62,072 bases of DNA from an uncultured Bifidobacteriaceae bacterium (GTDB taxonomy: Bacteria; Verrucomicrobiota; Verrucomicrobiia; Limisphaerales; UBA11358). Shown piece after piece: positions 52,527 through 61,472 of the stretch; position 1 is the stretch's first letter, and the number at the start of each line of letters is the position of its first letter. A model generated the notes under the pieces. It was not told where the DNA came from, made no database searches, and worked only from the letters and a program-made list of their open reading frames with translations. The translations under genes and the position numbers were made by a program. The stretch is from the NCBI GenBank assembly GCA_964475285.1, contig CAYYWB010000002.1:1-62072 (forward strand), given 5' to 3'.

Positions 52527-55241
52527 ATGAACAGTGAAAATGAAAACGGGAACGCGACTGGCAACGGGGCGCAAATTGAGCAGGCGCTCCGTGCCTCCGA
52601 ACTGCGTTACCGGCGGCTGTTTGAAACGGCACAGGACGGCATCCTGATTCTGGATGCGGACACCGGGCGCGTGAATGATGTCAACCCGTTCCTGACCAAA
52701 CTGCTGGGGTTTTCGCGTGACGAGGTGATCGGCAAAACCGTCGGCGGGTTGAGTCCGTTCAAGGACGTCGTGTCCAACAAGGCCATGTTGAAGCGGCTGC
52801 AAAAGGACGGGTATGTCCGCTACGAAGACCTGCCGCTGGAAACGAGGGATGGCCACCACGTTGACGTGGAGTTTGTCAGCAACGTGTATCAAGCCGGCGA
52901 CAAAATGGTAATCCAATGCAACATCCGCGACATCACGGAGCGCAAGCGGGCGGAAGAGGCGTTGCACTCTTCACAACAGATGCTCGGAGAAATCATCAAT
53001 TCCCTGCCCGCGCGGGTGTTCTGGAAGGACAAGAATCTCATTTTTCTCGGCTGTAATGAGGCGTTCGCGCGCGATGCGGGATTTGCCGGGCCGAAGGACG
53101 TCATCGGCAAGGATGATTACCGGATGGGATGGAGCAAGCAGGCGGAAAAGTATCGCAGCGATGACCGTCAGGTCGTAGAGAACGGATGTTCCAAGCTGCT
53201 CATTGAAGAAGCCCAGACGACCCCCGAAGGGAAGAACATCACGCTGCTTACAAGCAAAATACCCCTGCGCGATGCCAAGGGGGAGATCATCGGCATGCTC
53301 GGAACGTATCTGGACATCACCCCGCGCAAGCGGGCGGAAGAGGCGCTGCGACAGAGCCGGGAGGAATTCAAGAATTTGTTCGACAATGCCCCCGTTGGGT
53401 TTCACGAGGTGGACGCCGAAGGACGCCTGATCCGCATCAACAACACCGAACTGACAATGCTGGGATACTCCGCCGAAGAATTGCCGGGGCAGTTTGTCTG
53501 GAAACTTTCCGCAGATGAAGAACCGTCCCGCCGGGCCGTGCTGGCGAAATTGGGCGGGGAACCGCCGCCATCGCAAGGTTACGAGCGGAAATTCCGCAGG
53601 AAAGACGGCTCCGCCATTCCGGTGTTGGTTAATGACCGGTTACTGAAACGGGAAGATGGCGCCATCATCGGCATTCACTCGACAATTCAAGACATCACCG
53701 GGCGCAAGGAGATGGAAGCATCCCGCGACCGGCTGGCCATGGCCGTGGAGCAGGCCGCCGAGACCGTCGTGATTACCGATACCAACGGCACAATCCTTTA
53801 TGCCAACCCGGCATTTGAAACAACTTCCGGCTACACCCGCGCGGAAGCCCTCGGCCAGAATCCCCGCGTGTTCAAGAGCGGAAGGCAGGATGATGAATTT
53901 TACCGCCGGATGTGGGAGGTTCTCGGACGCGGGGAAACATGGTCCGGCCATTTTATCAACCGGCGCAAGGATGGCGTGTTTTACGAGGAGGAAGCCACCA
54001 TCTCGCCCATACGGGACACCGCCGGCAAGGTTGTCAATTATGTGGCTGTGAAACACGACGTGACGCGGGAAGTGCAACTCGAGGCGCAATTCCGCCAGTC
54101 CCAAAAGATGGATGCCATCGGCAAGCTGGCTGGCGGCGTGGCGCATGACTTCAACAACATCCTGGCTATCATCCAAATGCAGGCCGATCTGCTGAAGACC
54201 GAGGATGGGATCACCCCGGCGCAATTGGAGACCGCCATGGAGATTGGCAAGGCCGTCCAGCGCGCGAGCGCACTCACCCGCCAGTTGCTGCTGTTCAGCC
54301 GGAAACAGATGCTGCAATTGCGCGATCTGGATTTGAACGAATCCATCAACGAGATGACCAAAATGCTGCGGCGCACCCTCGGCGAAAACATCAAGTTGCA
54401 GTTCAAATTCATGATGCAAGACCTGTTCACCCACGCCGACGCGGGGATGATTGATCAAGTGCTGATGAACCTCGCGGTGAACGCCCGCGACGCCATGCCC
54501 AATGGCGGCCAGCTCATCATTGAAACTTCCGCCGTGGAACTGGATAAGGCCGCGGCGGCACAAATTCCCCATGCCCGTCCCGGCTCATTTGTGTGTTTGA
54601 GCGTGCGCGACACCGGCTGCGGCATCCCGCCTGAAAATTTCCAAAGAATTTTTGAGCCGTTCTTCACCACCAAGGACGTCGGCAAAGGCACCGGCCTCGG
54701 CCTGGCCACCGTTTTCGGCATCGTTCAGTTGCATCAAGGCTGGATCGGATTCCATAGCCAGAGCGGTTGCGGAACGACCTTCCGCATTTATCTTCCGCAA
54801 CTGGCCGGAATGACCGGAAAAAAACCAGAGCAACACGCGCTGGCTGCCGTTCGCGGCGGTGTTGAAACAATTCTGCTCGTTGAAGATGATGCGGCCCTGC
54901 GCGCTTCCGTGCGCAAAATCCTTTCTCAACTCGGCTATTGCGTGCTTGAGGCTGTCAACGGCATCGAGGCGCTGAAAATCTGGGAACAGTATCGCGACGG
55001 AATCCATTTGCTACTCACCGATGTGGTCATGCCCGGCGGAATGTCGGGGATAGATTTGGGCGAACGGCTTTTGAAGGAGAATCCGAAATTGAAGGTGATC
55101 TACAACAGCGGTTACAGCGCGGAAGTTGCCGGAAAGGATTTTCCATTGAAGGAAGGTGTCAACTTTCTCATCAAGCCATTTCAGACGCAAGCGCTCGCGC
55201 AAACCGTGCGGCAGATGCTGGATGCGGGAAATGTGTCATGA
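52527..55241 (+). CDS. multi-PAS hybrid sensor histidine kinase (PAS x4-5, HisKA, HATPase_c, REC)
   Basis: Repeated PAS cores, H-box [14 protein letters not shown], HATPase [10 protein letters not shown] and GTGLGLATV, and a C-terminal receiver ILLVEDD...[14 protein letters not shown]. Confidence 0.9.
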   Translation: MNSENENGNATGNGAQIEQALRASELRYRRLFETAQDGILILDADTGRVNDVNPFLTKLLGFSRDEVIGKTVGGLSPFKDVVSNKAMLKRLQKDGYVRYEDLPLETRDGHHVDVEFVSNVYQAGDKMVIQCNIRDITERKRAEEALHSSQQMLGEIINSLPARVFWKDKNLIFLGCNEAFARDAGFAGPKDVIGKDDYRMGWSKQAEKYRSDDRQVVENGCSKLLIEEAQTTPEGKNITLLTSKIPLRDAKGEIIGMLGTYLDITPRKRAEEALRQSREEFKNLFDNAPVGFHEVDAEGRLIRINNTELTMLGYSAEELPGQFVWKLSADEEPSRRAVLAKLGGEPPPSQGYERKFRRKDGSAIPVLVNDRLLKREDGAIIGIHSTIQDITGRKEMEASRDRLAMAVEQAAETVVITDTNGTILYANPAFETTSGYTRAEALGQNPRVFKSGRQDDEFYRRMWEVLGRGETWSGHFINRRKDGVFYEEEATISPIRDTAGKVVNYVAVKHDVTREVQLEAQFRQSQKMDAIGKLAGGVAHDFNNILAIIQMQADLLKTEDGITPAQLETAMEIGKAVQRASALTRQLLLFSRKQMLQLRDLDLNESINEMTKMLRRTLGENIKLQFKFMMQDLFTHADAGMIDQVLMNLAVNARDAMPNGGQLIIETSAVELDKAAAAQIPHARPGSFVCLSVRDTGCGIPPENFQRIFEPFFTTKDVGKGTGLGLATVFGIVQLHQGWIGFHSQSGCGTTFRIYLPQLAGMTGKKPEQHALAAVRGGVETILLVEDDAALRASVRKILSQLGYCVLEAVNGIEALKIWEQYRDGIHLLLTDVVMPGGMSGIDLGERLLKENPKLKVIYNSGYSAEVAGKDFPLKEGVNFLIKPFQTQALAQTVRQMLDAGNVS

Positions 55242-55387
55242 CAAACAAAAGACTTTGCAATCCTTGATGAGAACCCCAAAACCCATTCCAAGGCGGCGCG
55301 TGACTTCCGCGCCGGCCGGCCGTTCCCGCGATTGACATTTACAGCATCCGGGTCTAATTCAATTTTATCGAACTGCTTGAATACATT

Positions 55388-56014
55388 TTGCTGGCGGCCA
55401 GCTCGCTCTTCGTGATTGTGGATCCGCTGGCCGTTGTGCCGGCGTTTCTGGCCATGACGCCGGACGACACGGCGAAACAGCGCATCCGCACGGCGCGGCT
55501 GGCGTGTTGCGTGACGGCGGGCGTTCTCCTGTCGTTTTCCGTGGCCGGCCAACTGGTCTTCAAGGTCATGGGCATCACGATGCCGGCGTTTCAAATCGCG
55601 GCGAGCATCCTGCTGCTGATGGTGGCGCTGGACATGGTGCGCGCCCAGCGCTCGCGCGTGCAGGAGACCCACGAGGAGAGAATGGCCGGCACCGAAAAAA
55701 TGGACATTGCCGTCACGCCGCTGGCGATGCCGATGCTCGCCGGGCCGGGCGCGATTTCCACCGTGGTCCTGCTCCAGAATGAAGCGAAGGACATCCCGCA
55801 GCGCATCGCGCTTTACGGCTGCATCGTGGCGGTGTCGCTGGTGAGCTACCTGATTTTGAGAATCTCCGCGCGTGGCGCGCGCTGGTTGAGTCCGATCATG
55901 ATGAGCATCGCCATCCGCATCATGGGGTTGCTGCTGGCGGCCGTGGCGATTCAATTCATGCTTAATGCCATCAAGGCGTTCCGGCTGGATTTGCTTGGGC
56001 TGCCGCCAGGCTGA
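55388..56014 (+). CDS. MarC-family (UPF0056) integral membrane protein
   Basis: TTG start. FVIVDPLAVVPAFLAMT and six hydrophobic segments, typical of MarC/NAAT-type proteins. Confidence 0.75.
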   Translation: MLAASSLFVIVDPLAVVPAFLAMTPDDTAKQRIRTARLACCVTAGVLLSFSVAGQLVFKVMGITMPAFQIAASILLLMVALDMVRAQRSRVQETHEERMAGTEKMDIAVTPLAMPMLAGPGAISTVVLLQNEAKDIPQRIALYGCIVAVSLVSYLILRISARGARWLSPIMMSIAIRIMGLLLAAVAIQFMLNAIKAFRLDLLGLPPG

Positions 56015-56062
56015 AACTCGTTTGGCAAAGCTTGTTTCCGACAACCCCTTGAATTTTTCATC

Positions 56063-56104
56063 GGGTTACACCCCATAGCGAAGTCCACGCCCATCGCGTA
56101 ACGT
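56063..56104 (+). promoter_or_regulatory. bipartite promoter-like motif P15
   Basis: GGGTTACACCCCATAGCG-N18-TAACGT. The ATG at 56113 lies 8 nt after the hexamer. Confidence 0.6.
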
Positions 56105-56112
56105 CACAGTAT

Positions 56113-56301
56113 ATGAAAAATATTCTATTGATAATCGCCTTTGCCAGCCTGCTCTCCACCACCGGATGCCTTGTTTCGGATGGCGGGCGAGGCGAGCACG
56201 CGAGATATGAACATCATGACGCAGTCATTGTCGGCCCTCCGGTGGTTGAAGTGCGCGCCCCGGAACTTGACGTGCGCCCGCCGGAAGTCATCGTGCGGTA
56301 G
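56113..56301 (+). CDS. small lipoprotein
   Basis: MKNILLIIAFASLLSTTGC lipobox-like signal; 62 aa. Confidence 0.55.
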   Translation: MKNILLIIAFASLLSTTGCLVSDGGRGEHARYEHHDAVIVGPPVVEVRAPELDVRPPEVIVR

Positions 56302-56431
56302 CCGGGGCTTGCCCCGTGGAATAGCAACCTCTGCGGCGCACCACCAAGCCAACGGACGAGAATTCCACCAGGCGCGCCCCACGACATGAGGCGGTTACTC
56401 CACGGGGCAAAGAATTCATCGGGTCCGAGAT

Positions 56432-56476
56432 GGGGTGAACACCGTATGGCAGTTATGCGTTCCGCCGGCTTATATT
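56432..56476 (+). promoter_or_regulatory. bipartite promoter-like motif P16
   Basis: GGGGTGAACACCGTATGGCA-N19-TATATT. The ATG at 56484 lies 7 nt after the hexamer. Confidence 0.6.
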
Positions 56477-56483
56477 TCAGGTC

Positions 56484-56669
56484 ATGAAAATGAATTGCCG
56501 GAAGAAGTCCCCGACGCTGGGCGAGTTCATCGCCGCCGCGCACGATGCCTGGGGTTCGCGCTGGGCCGGCGGATTGGTGTGGCTCGCCGCCAATGCGCGC
56601 CTGGTTGCGTTTCAGAGGCCGCAACGTTTTGCGTCTTCCGGACGGAATCCCAATCACCTCCCGTTTTGA
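56484..56669 (+). CDS. hypothetical 61-aa protein
   Basis: Positioned directly behind P16. It ends 13 nt before the TTG start of the MlaA-fusion gene. Confidence 0.4.
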   Translation: MKMNCRKKSPTLGEFIAAAHDAWGSRWAGGLVWLAANARLVAFQRPQRFASSGRNPNHLPF

Positions 56670-56682
56670 AAGAACAACCGGC

Positions 56683-58746
56683 TTGAAAATCCAGCCCGGC
56701 CATGTCATCCGAAAATCGGCGCTGGTGGTTCTTGCCGCGCTGTCGTTGTGCCATTCGCCATTTGCCCGCGGGCGGGAGTCTGCCATCAGCTCCACAAATC
56801 ACGAATCACAAATCACGAATCACGCATCGCTGATTGTTCTTCCCAAATCCGTTCCCGACCCCATCGAACCGTTCAACCGCGCGATGTGGGGCTTCAATGT
56901 GGGGCTGATGACCGACGTGATCAAACCGACGGGCCGGGCTTACCGGTTCGTCGTCGCAAAACCGATCCGGACCGGAATCGGGAATTTTGGCCGGAACCTC
57001 ACCTATCCGGGACGGGCGATCAACAACCTGCTTCAGGAAAAATGGAGCGGAGCGCGCGATGAATCCTGGCGGTTCGTTTGCAACACAACGGTCGGCGTGG
57101 CCGGGTTCTGGGACGTGGCGACAAAGTGGAAGATTCCGAAATCGGACGCGGATTTTGGACAGACGTTCGGCCAATGGGGCTGGAGGCCGCATTTCTTTTT
57201 GATGCTGCCGATCTACGGGCCGAGCAACGATCGGGACACCGTCGGCCTGGCTGCCGACACGGCGGCCAATCCGCTGCTTTACATCGCCCCCTACAAATTC
57301 GTCGCGGGCAATCCGCTCACATATCTCGGCCCTTACAGTTATCTCAATTACGGGATCATGTATAACAATCTCTCCGACAGCGTGGATGGTTATGTGCGGT
57401 TCAGCCAGGCCGAGATGGATCCGTATTCCGAGATTCAATACGCCTGGACTTTTGAGCGGGCGAACCGTGTGGCGAACTTCCAGGTGAAGGGAAAACAGGA
57501 TCCGGCTTCGCTGGAGACCCTCGAATCCGTCTTCTTCACCTACAAAGACCCTGAATTCCCCGGCCGCGGCAAGACCCGGTCGGTTTTGATTCCGGCGACG
57601 GGCGGGAAATTGAAATTTACATTCTGGTTGCAGCCGGGACAGGCGAACGTGGTCTATATCATTCCCGGCCTGGGCGGTCATCGGCTGGCCGAAGCCTCAC
57701 TGGCGCTGGCCGAGCTGGTCTACAAAAATGGCTTCTCCGCCGTGCTGGTCAGCAGCCCGTTCAACTTCGAGTTCATGGAAAGCGCCTCGACTACGGCGTT
57801 GCCGGCGTATCTGCCGGTGGATGGCCGCGACATGGACGTGGCGCTCACGGAAATTGATCGTCGCTTGAACAAATTGTATCCGGACCGGCTCGGCAACAAG
57901 GCGTTGATGGGCTATTCGATGGGCGCATTTCAATCCTTGTTCGTCGCGGCCACCGGCCCGACAAACCGGTATTGCGTCGTGACGAAGGAGCGGGTGCTGC
58001 GCTTTCCCAAAGGAAAACAGGGTGTGAAAGAAGTGAGAATCGCGCCCGTCACGAATCAGGTGCCGTTGATTCATTTTGACCGCTACGTCGCCATCAGCCC
58101 TCCGGTCCGGTTGATGCAGGGAGTGAACAAGCTGGACGAATTTTTCAATGCGCCCCTGGGCTGGCCAGCCACCAACCGGACTGACGACATCGAAAACACA
58201 TTTCTCAAGGTGGCCGCCTTGAGCCAGGGCACGCTCACGCCGCAAACCTCGCTGCCATTCAGCGCCATCGAATCCAAGTTTCTCATCGGCCTCACCTTCC
58301 GGCTCACGCTGCGGGACATTATTTACAGCAGCCAGCAAAGAAATAATCAGGGCGTCCTGCATCACCCGATCTCGAATTGGCGGCGCGACCCGGTGTATCA
58401 GGAAATCCTCCAGTATTCCTACCAGGATTATTTTGATAAATTCGCAATCCCGTATTATTCGGCCCGTGGCCTTGCCGCCCCGGCGGAAACGCTGGAAAAA
58501 GCCGGCGATTTGCGGACGTATGACGCCAGCCTGCGCGCCAACCCGGACATCCGCGTCATCTGCAATCAAAACGATTTTCTGCTGACAACCGACGATCTGG
58601 CCTGGCTCCACGCCACGTTCGGCCCGGACAAATTGACCGTCTTCCCGCAAGGCGGTCATTTGGGAAACCTTTCCAATCCGGCGGTGCAAAGGGCCATCCT
58701 CGCGGCGCTCACGCCGATGAGGCCGCCCGAACCCAAATCGAATTGA
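56683..58746 (+). CDS. fusion of an MlaA/VacJ-like lipoprotein domain with a C-terminal alpha/beta-hydrolase domain
   Basis: N-terminus: DPIEPFNRAMWGFNVGL...TTVGVAGFWDVA...FGQWGW...LPIYGPSNDRD (VacJ signature). C-terminus: GYSMGAF (GxSxG) with later D and H candidates. TTG start at 56683 gives the signal peptide MKIQPGHVIRKSALVVLAALSLC. Confidence 0.75.
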   Translation: MKIQPGHVIRKSALVVLAALSLCHSPFARGRESAISSTNHESQITNHASLIVLPKSVPDPIEPFNRAMWGFNVGLMTDVIKPTGRAYRFVVAKPIRTGIGNFGRNLTYPGRAINNLLQEKWSGARDESWRFVCNTTVGVAGFWDVATKWKIPKSDADFGQTFGQWGWRPHFFLMLPIYGPSNDRDTVGLAADTAANPLLYIAPYKFVAGNPLTYLGPYSYLNYGIMYNNLSDSVDGYVRFSQAEMDPYSEIQYAWTFERANRVANFQVKGKQDPASLETLESVFFTYKDPEFPGRGKTRSVLIPATGGKLKFTFWLQPGQANVVYIIPGLGGHRLAEASLALAELVYKNGFSAVLVSSPFNFEFMESASTTALPAYLPVDGRDMDVALTEIDRRLNKLYPDRLGNKALMGYSMGAFQSLFVAATGPTNRYCVVTKERVLRFPKGKQGVKEVRIAPVTNQVPLIHFDRYVAISPPVRLMQGVNKLDEFFNAPLGWPATNRTDDIENTFLKVAALSQGTLTPQTSLPFSAIESKFLIGLTFRLTLRDIIYSSQQRNNQGVLHHPISNWRRDPVYQEILQYSYQDYFDKFAIPYYSARGLAAPAETLEKAGDLRTYDASLRANPDIRVICNQNDFLLTTDDLAWLHATFGPDKLTVFPQGGHLGNLSNPAVQRAILAALTPMRPPEPKSN

Positions 58747-58766
58747 GCCGATGAAGAAGTTCCACC

Positions 58767-59537
58767 ATGAAATCTGAAGCTCCAGCGATCATCAGTCCGG
58801 CAATTCCAGTTGCCAGCGCGGGGCGCCGCATGGTTAAAGAACGCAATATTCCACTGGCCGCCAAGCTGGCCGCCACCGTTTTTCTCGCCGTCCTCGTTCC
58901 GGTTTATTTGCACACTTATGGGCCAACCAATTTTTTATGGTTCTGCGACGCCGCACTCCTGCTAACGGTGGCCGGGATGTGGCTGGAAAGTCCGCTGCTC
59001 ATCAGCATGTGCGCCGTGGGCATTTTGCTGCCGCAATGCCTCTGGCTCGCGGACTTCGGCATCAATCTTCTTGGGTTTCACTTTCTGAACCTGACCAGCT
59101 ATATGTTCGATCCGCATCTCCCGCTGTTCACGCGCGGGCTTTCGCTTTTTCATGGCTGGCTGCCGTTGCTGCTCGTCTGGCTCCTGTTCCGTCTGGGTTA
59201 TGACAAACGCGCCTTGCCCGCCTGGACTGTTCTTGCCGCGGCGTTGGGTTTCGTCTGCTACTTTTTCACTCCGCCCGCCGGCGCACATCTGGCAAATGCC
59301 AACGTCCCCATCAACATCAATTACCTTTACGGTTTCAACGACCAGCAGCCGCAACACTGGGTCAACCAAAACCTGTATGTCATCCTGTGGCTTGGCGTGT
59401 TGTGGCTCGTCGCCTTTCTCCCCACGCACCTGGTCTTGCGCAAAATCTTTGCCGCGTCACCGCAGGCGGCCGGACGGAAAACCACGATTCGGTTTCTGAA
59501 TTGCTCCCTGCCGGCCAGCCAGGACTGGATCCACTAA
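58767..59537 (+). CDS. polytopic membrane protein, unknown function
   Basis: 256 aa with 6-7 hydrophobic helices. Confidence 0.6.
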   Translation: MKSEAPAIISPAIPVASAGRRMVKERNIPLAAKLAATVFLAVLVPVYLHTYGPTNFLWFCDAALLLTVAGMWLESPLLISMCAVGILLPQCLWLADFGINLLGFHFLNLTSYMFDPHLPLFTRGLSLFHGWLPLLLVWLLFRLGYDKRALPAWTVLAAALGFVCYFFTPPAGAHLANANVPININYLYGFNDQQPQHWVNQNLYVILWLGVLWLVAFLPTHLVLRKIFAASPQAAGRKTTIRFLNCSLPASQDWIH

Positions 59538-59579
59538 TCCCGAAAATCGAAGTTGAAAGGACTCACGCGGGCATATTCC

Positions 59580-59728
59580 GGGGAGCGCACGCGTCGCGCG
59601 TGTGGTTTTCGGCGTCGCGCCGAAAACCCCGATTCGCAAACTTTTTCCCGCTGGAAATTCCCGGAACAGTGCGCGACATCAGTTCGGGCGCGACGCCCGA
59701 ACTTGCACGCGAGACGCGTGCGCTCCCC
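59580..59728. repeat. structured intergenic element: 23-bp terminal inverted repeats enclosing two GC-rich hairpins (MITE/REP-like)
   Basis: ggggagcgcacgcgtcgcgcgtg (59580-59602) versus cacgcgagacgcgtgcgctcccc (59706-59728). Inner hairpins at 59604-59628 (11-bp stem) and 59682-59702 (9-bp stem). Confidence 0.6.
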
Positions 59729-59763
59729 CATTTCCATTTCGGAGTCCGGGCTATCCTTTGGTA

Positions 59764-59805
59764 GGGTAACACCCCATGGCTCCGGGAGGATTTCGGACGC
59801 ATGAT
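59764..59805 (+). promoter_or_regulatory. bipartite promoter-like motif P17
   Basis: GGGTAACACCCCATGGCT-N18-CATGAT, upstream of the CBM48-like and yqjDEK-like genes. Confidence 0.5.
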
Positions 59806-59816
59806 GACGAAGTGAA

Positions 59817-60320
59817 ATGAACGCTTTTCAACTGAACAAAAATCAACCGTCCCTTGAATCCCCAACCATGAAACACAACCACAACCACGACAACGCCCAC
59901 AGCGCCGGCCCTCAACTCGTGCCTGTCCGCTTTGAATTCACCCATCCAACCGCCAAAACCGTTTGCCTGGCGGGAACCTTCAACCACTGGCAGCCCGAAG
60001 CCAAGACGCTGCATGCCACCGGTGCCGGCATCTGGTGGAAGGAAACGGCGCTGGCTCCCGGCACCTACGAATACTGCCTCGTGGTGGACGGCCAGTGGAT
60101 GCCCGATCCTCTGGCCAGGGAATCCGTGGCCAATCCGTTCGGCGGCAGAAACTCGATTTTGACGGTGGCCAGTTCGCCGGAAGTCGCGCATCGGGCCGAC
60201 GCCGCGAATCTGCCGCTCCAAAACGACCGTTTTAGTGACGCCATCGCCGGGGATCATATCGTCGCCGGAGAAAATTTACCGTTGAAAAACATCAACAAAC
60301 CAAAGAACAAAAAAACATGA
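59817..60320 (+). CDS. glycogen-binding (AMPK-beta/CBM48-like) domain protein
   Basis: VRFEFTHPTAKTVCLAGTFNHWQPE...LAPGTYEYCLVVDGQWMPDP matches the AMPK1_CBM pattern. Confidence 0.7.
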   Translation: MNAFQLNKNQPSLESPTMKHNHNHDNAHSAGPQLVPVRFEFTHPTAKTVCLAGTFNHWQPEAKTLHATGAGIWWKETALAPGTYEYCLVVDGQWMPDPLARESVANPFGGRNSILTVASSPEVAHRADAANLPLQNDRFSDAIAGDHIVAGENLPLKNINKPKNKKT

Positions 60321-60622
60321 ACAAAGAAACACAAGCAGTCACCAATGACATCGGACAACTGGCCGAAGACGCCCGCGCGTTGATGGCCGCCACCGCCGAC
60401 GTGGCCGGTGAAAAAGTCGGGGAAGCCCGCAAGCGGCTCGCCGCCGCGCTGGAACGCGCCAAGGAAATCGCGGGCAATGTCCGCGACAAGGCGGTCGCCG
60501 GCGCCAAAGCGGCCGACGAAGCCGTGCATGAACATCCCTACAAAGCCATCGCCATCGGCGTTGGCGTCGGGGCGATTCTCGGCTTTCTTCTCGCGCGCCG
60601 GTGCGCCCGCAACTGCGATTGA
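60317..60622 (+). CDS. DUF883 (ElaB/YqjD-like) membrane-anchored stress protein
   Basis: Helical Ala/Lys/Glu-rich N-terminus and C-terminal anchor HPYKAIAIGVGVGAILGFLLARR. ATGA overlap upstream. Confidence 0.75.
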   Translation: MNKETQAVTNDIGQLAEDARALMAATADVAGEKVGEARKRLAAALERAKEIAGNVRDKAVAGAKAADEAVHEHPYKAIAIGVGVGAILGFLLARRCARNCD

Positions 60623-60629
60623 TCACGCC

Positions 60630-61019
60630 ATGGAAGAATCCACCGTCAGCCTGGGGCAACTGGGCGCGACCTCGAAAACGTTAGCGCGCCGGCTGCTGAC
60701 AATCGGGGAAAACCGGCTTGAACTGTTGACGGTGGAAGTGCAGGAGGAACGCGAGCGTCTCCTGCACGCTTTTCTTCTGGCCCTCGGTGTGGCGGCGTTT
60801 GGTCTGCTTGCCGGCTTGACGCTCACGGCAGCCATCGTGGTTTTGTTGTGGGCATGGTCGTCCGTGGCCGCGCTTCTGATATTGACCGCCCTTTACGGAG
60901 CGGCGGGGATTTGTCTTTGGCGGCGGCTCACCGGACTGCTGCGTGACTGGCAGACGCTTTCCGCCTCATTGGATCAGCTCCGAAAGGACCGCGAATGTCT
61001 GGAAAAAATCTTCGCCTGA
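60630..61019 (+). CDS. YqjE-like (phage-holin-family/DUF1469-like) membrane protein
   Basis: LLTIGENRLELLTVEVQEERERLL, then two hydrophobic helices. Same order as in the E. coli yqjD-yqjE-yqjK operon. Confidence 0.6.
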   Translation: MEESTVSLGQLGATSKTLARRLLTIGENRLELLTVEVQEERERLLHAFLLALGVAAFGLLAGLTLTAAIVVLLWAWSSVAALLILTALYGAAGICLWRRLTGLLRDWQTLSASLDQLRKDRECLEKIFA

Positions 61020-61327
61020 ATTCGCTCGAATCGCGCAAGCAATTGTTGATCGCGGAAAGCGAACTCAACCGCGCACAGCTCGTTCAAGAATGGCAGGTGA
61101 TGCGCGCTGAAGTTCACTCGCTCACCAGCCAGGCCAGAAGCATCAGTTCCATTGCGTCGGCGGTCGCAATGCTGGTCGCCGGACTGTCATCCCTGCGTCA
61201 CAAAAAATCCGCGCCCGCTGCCGAAAAACCTTCATGGTGGCGGACCATTCTGAAGGACGCGGGACTTGTCAGCTCCTTCTGGTCGGAATTCCGTTCGCAG
61301 GGTCGCGAGCGAAAAAGCAATAAATAG
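60995..61327 (+). CDS. YqjK-like protein
   Basis: LESRKQLLIAESELNRAQLVQEW... followed by one hydrophobic helix, in the third position of the yqjDEK-like operon. Confidence 0.5.
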   Translation: MSGKNLRLNSLESRKQLLIAESELNRAQLVQEWQVMRAEVHSLTSQARSISSIASAVAMLVAGLSSLRHKKSAPAAEKPSWWRTILKDAGLVSSFWSEFRSQGRERKSNK

Positions 61328-61396
61328 TCGGCTGTGCGGCGGACACGCGTTGCCCTCGCTGAAAATTGGCTTTGCCGCCGGTTTCGTCCTCCTCGT

Positions 61397-61441
61397 CGTC
61401 CTCGGTCTCGTAATCGAACATTTTTATCGAGGGCGAGGACG
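61397..61441 (+). terminator. imperfect hairpin built from short CGTCCT-type repeats
   Basis: cgtcctcggtctcg pairs with cgagggcgaggacg (12 of 14 bp) around a 17-nt loop. No T-tract. Confidence 0.35.
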
Positions 61442-61472
61442 AGAACGAAAGACGAGGATGATTTGGCAGGTA

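Noticed and set aside
56545-56682. Upstream extension of the MlaA-fusion ORF
   Set aside because: It overlaps the 56484..56669 ORF. The TTG at 56683 gives a clean signal peptide, so the longer version is probably an artefact of longest-ORF calling.
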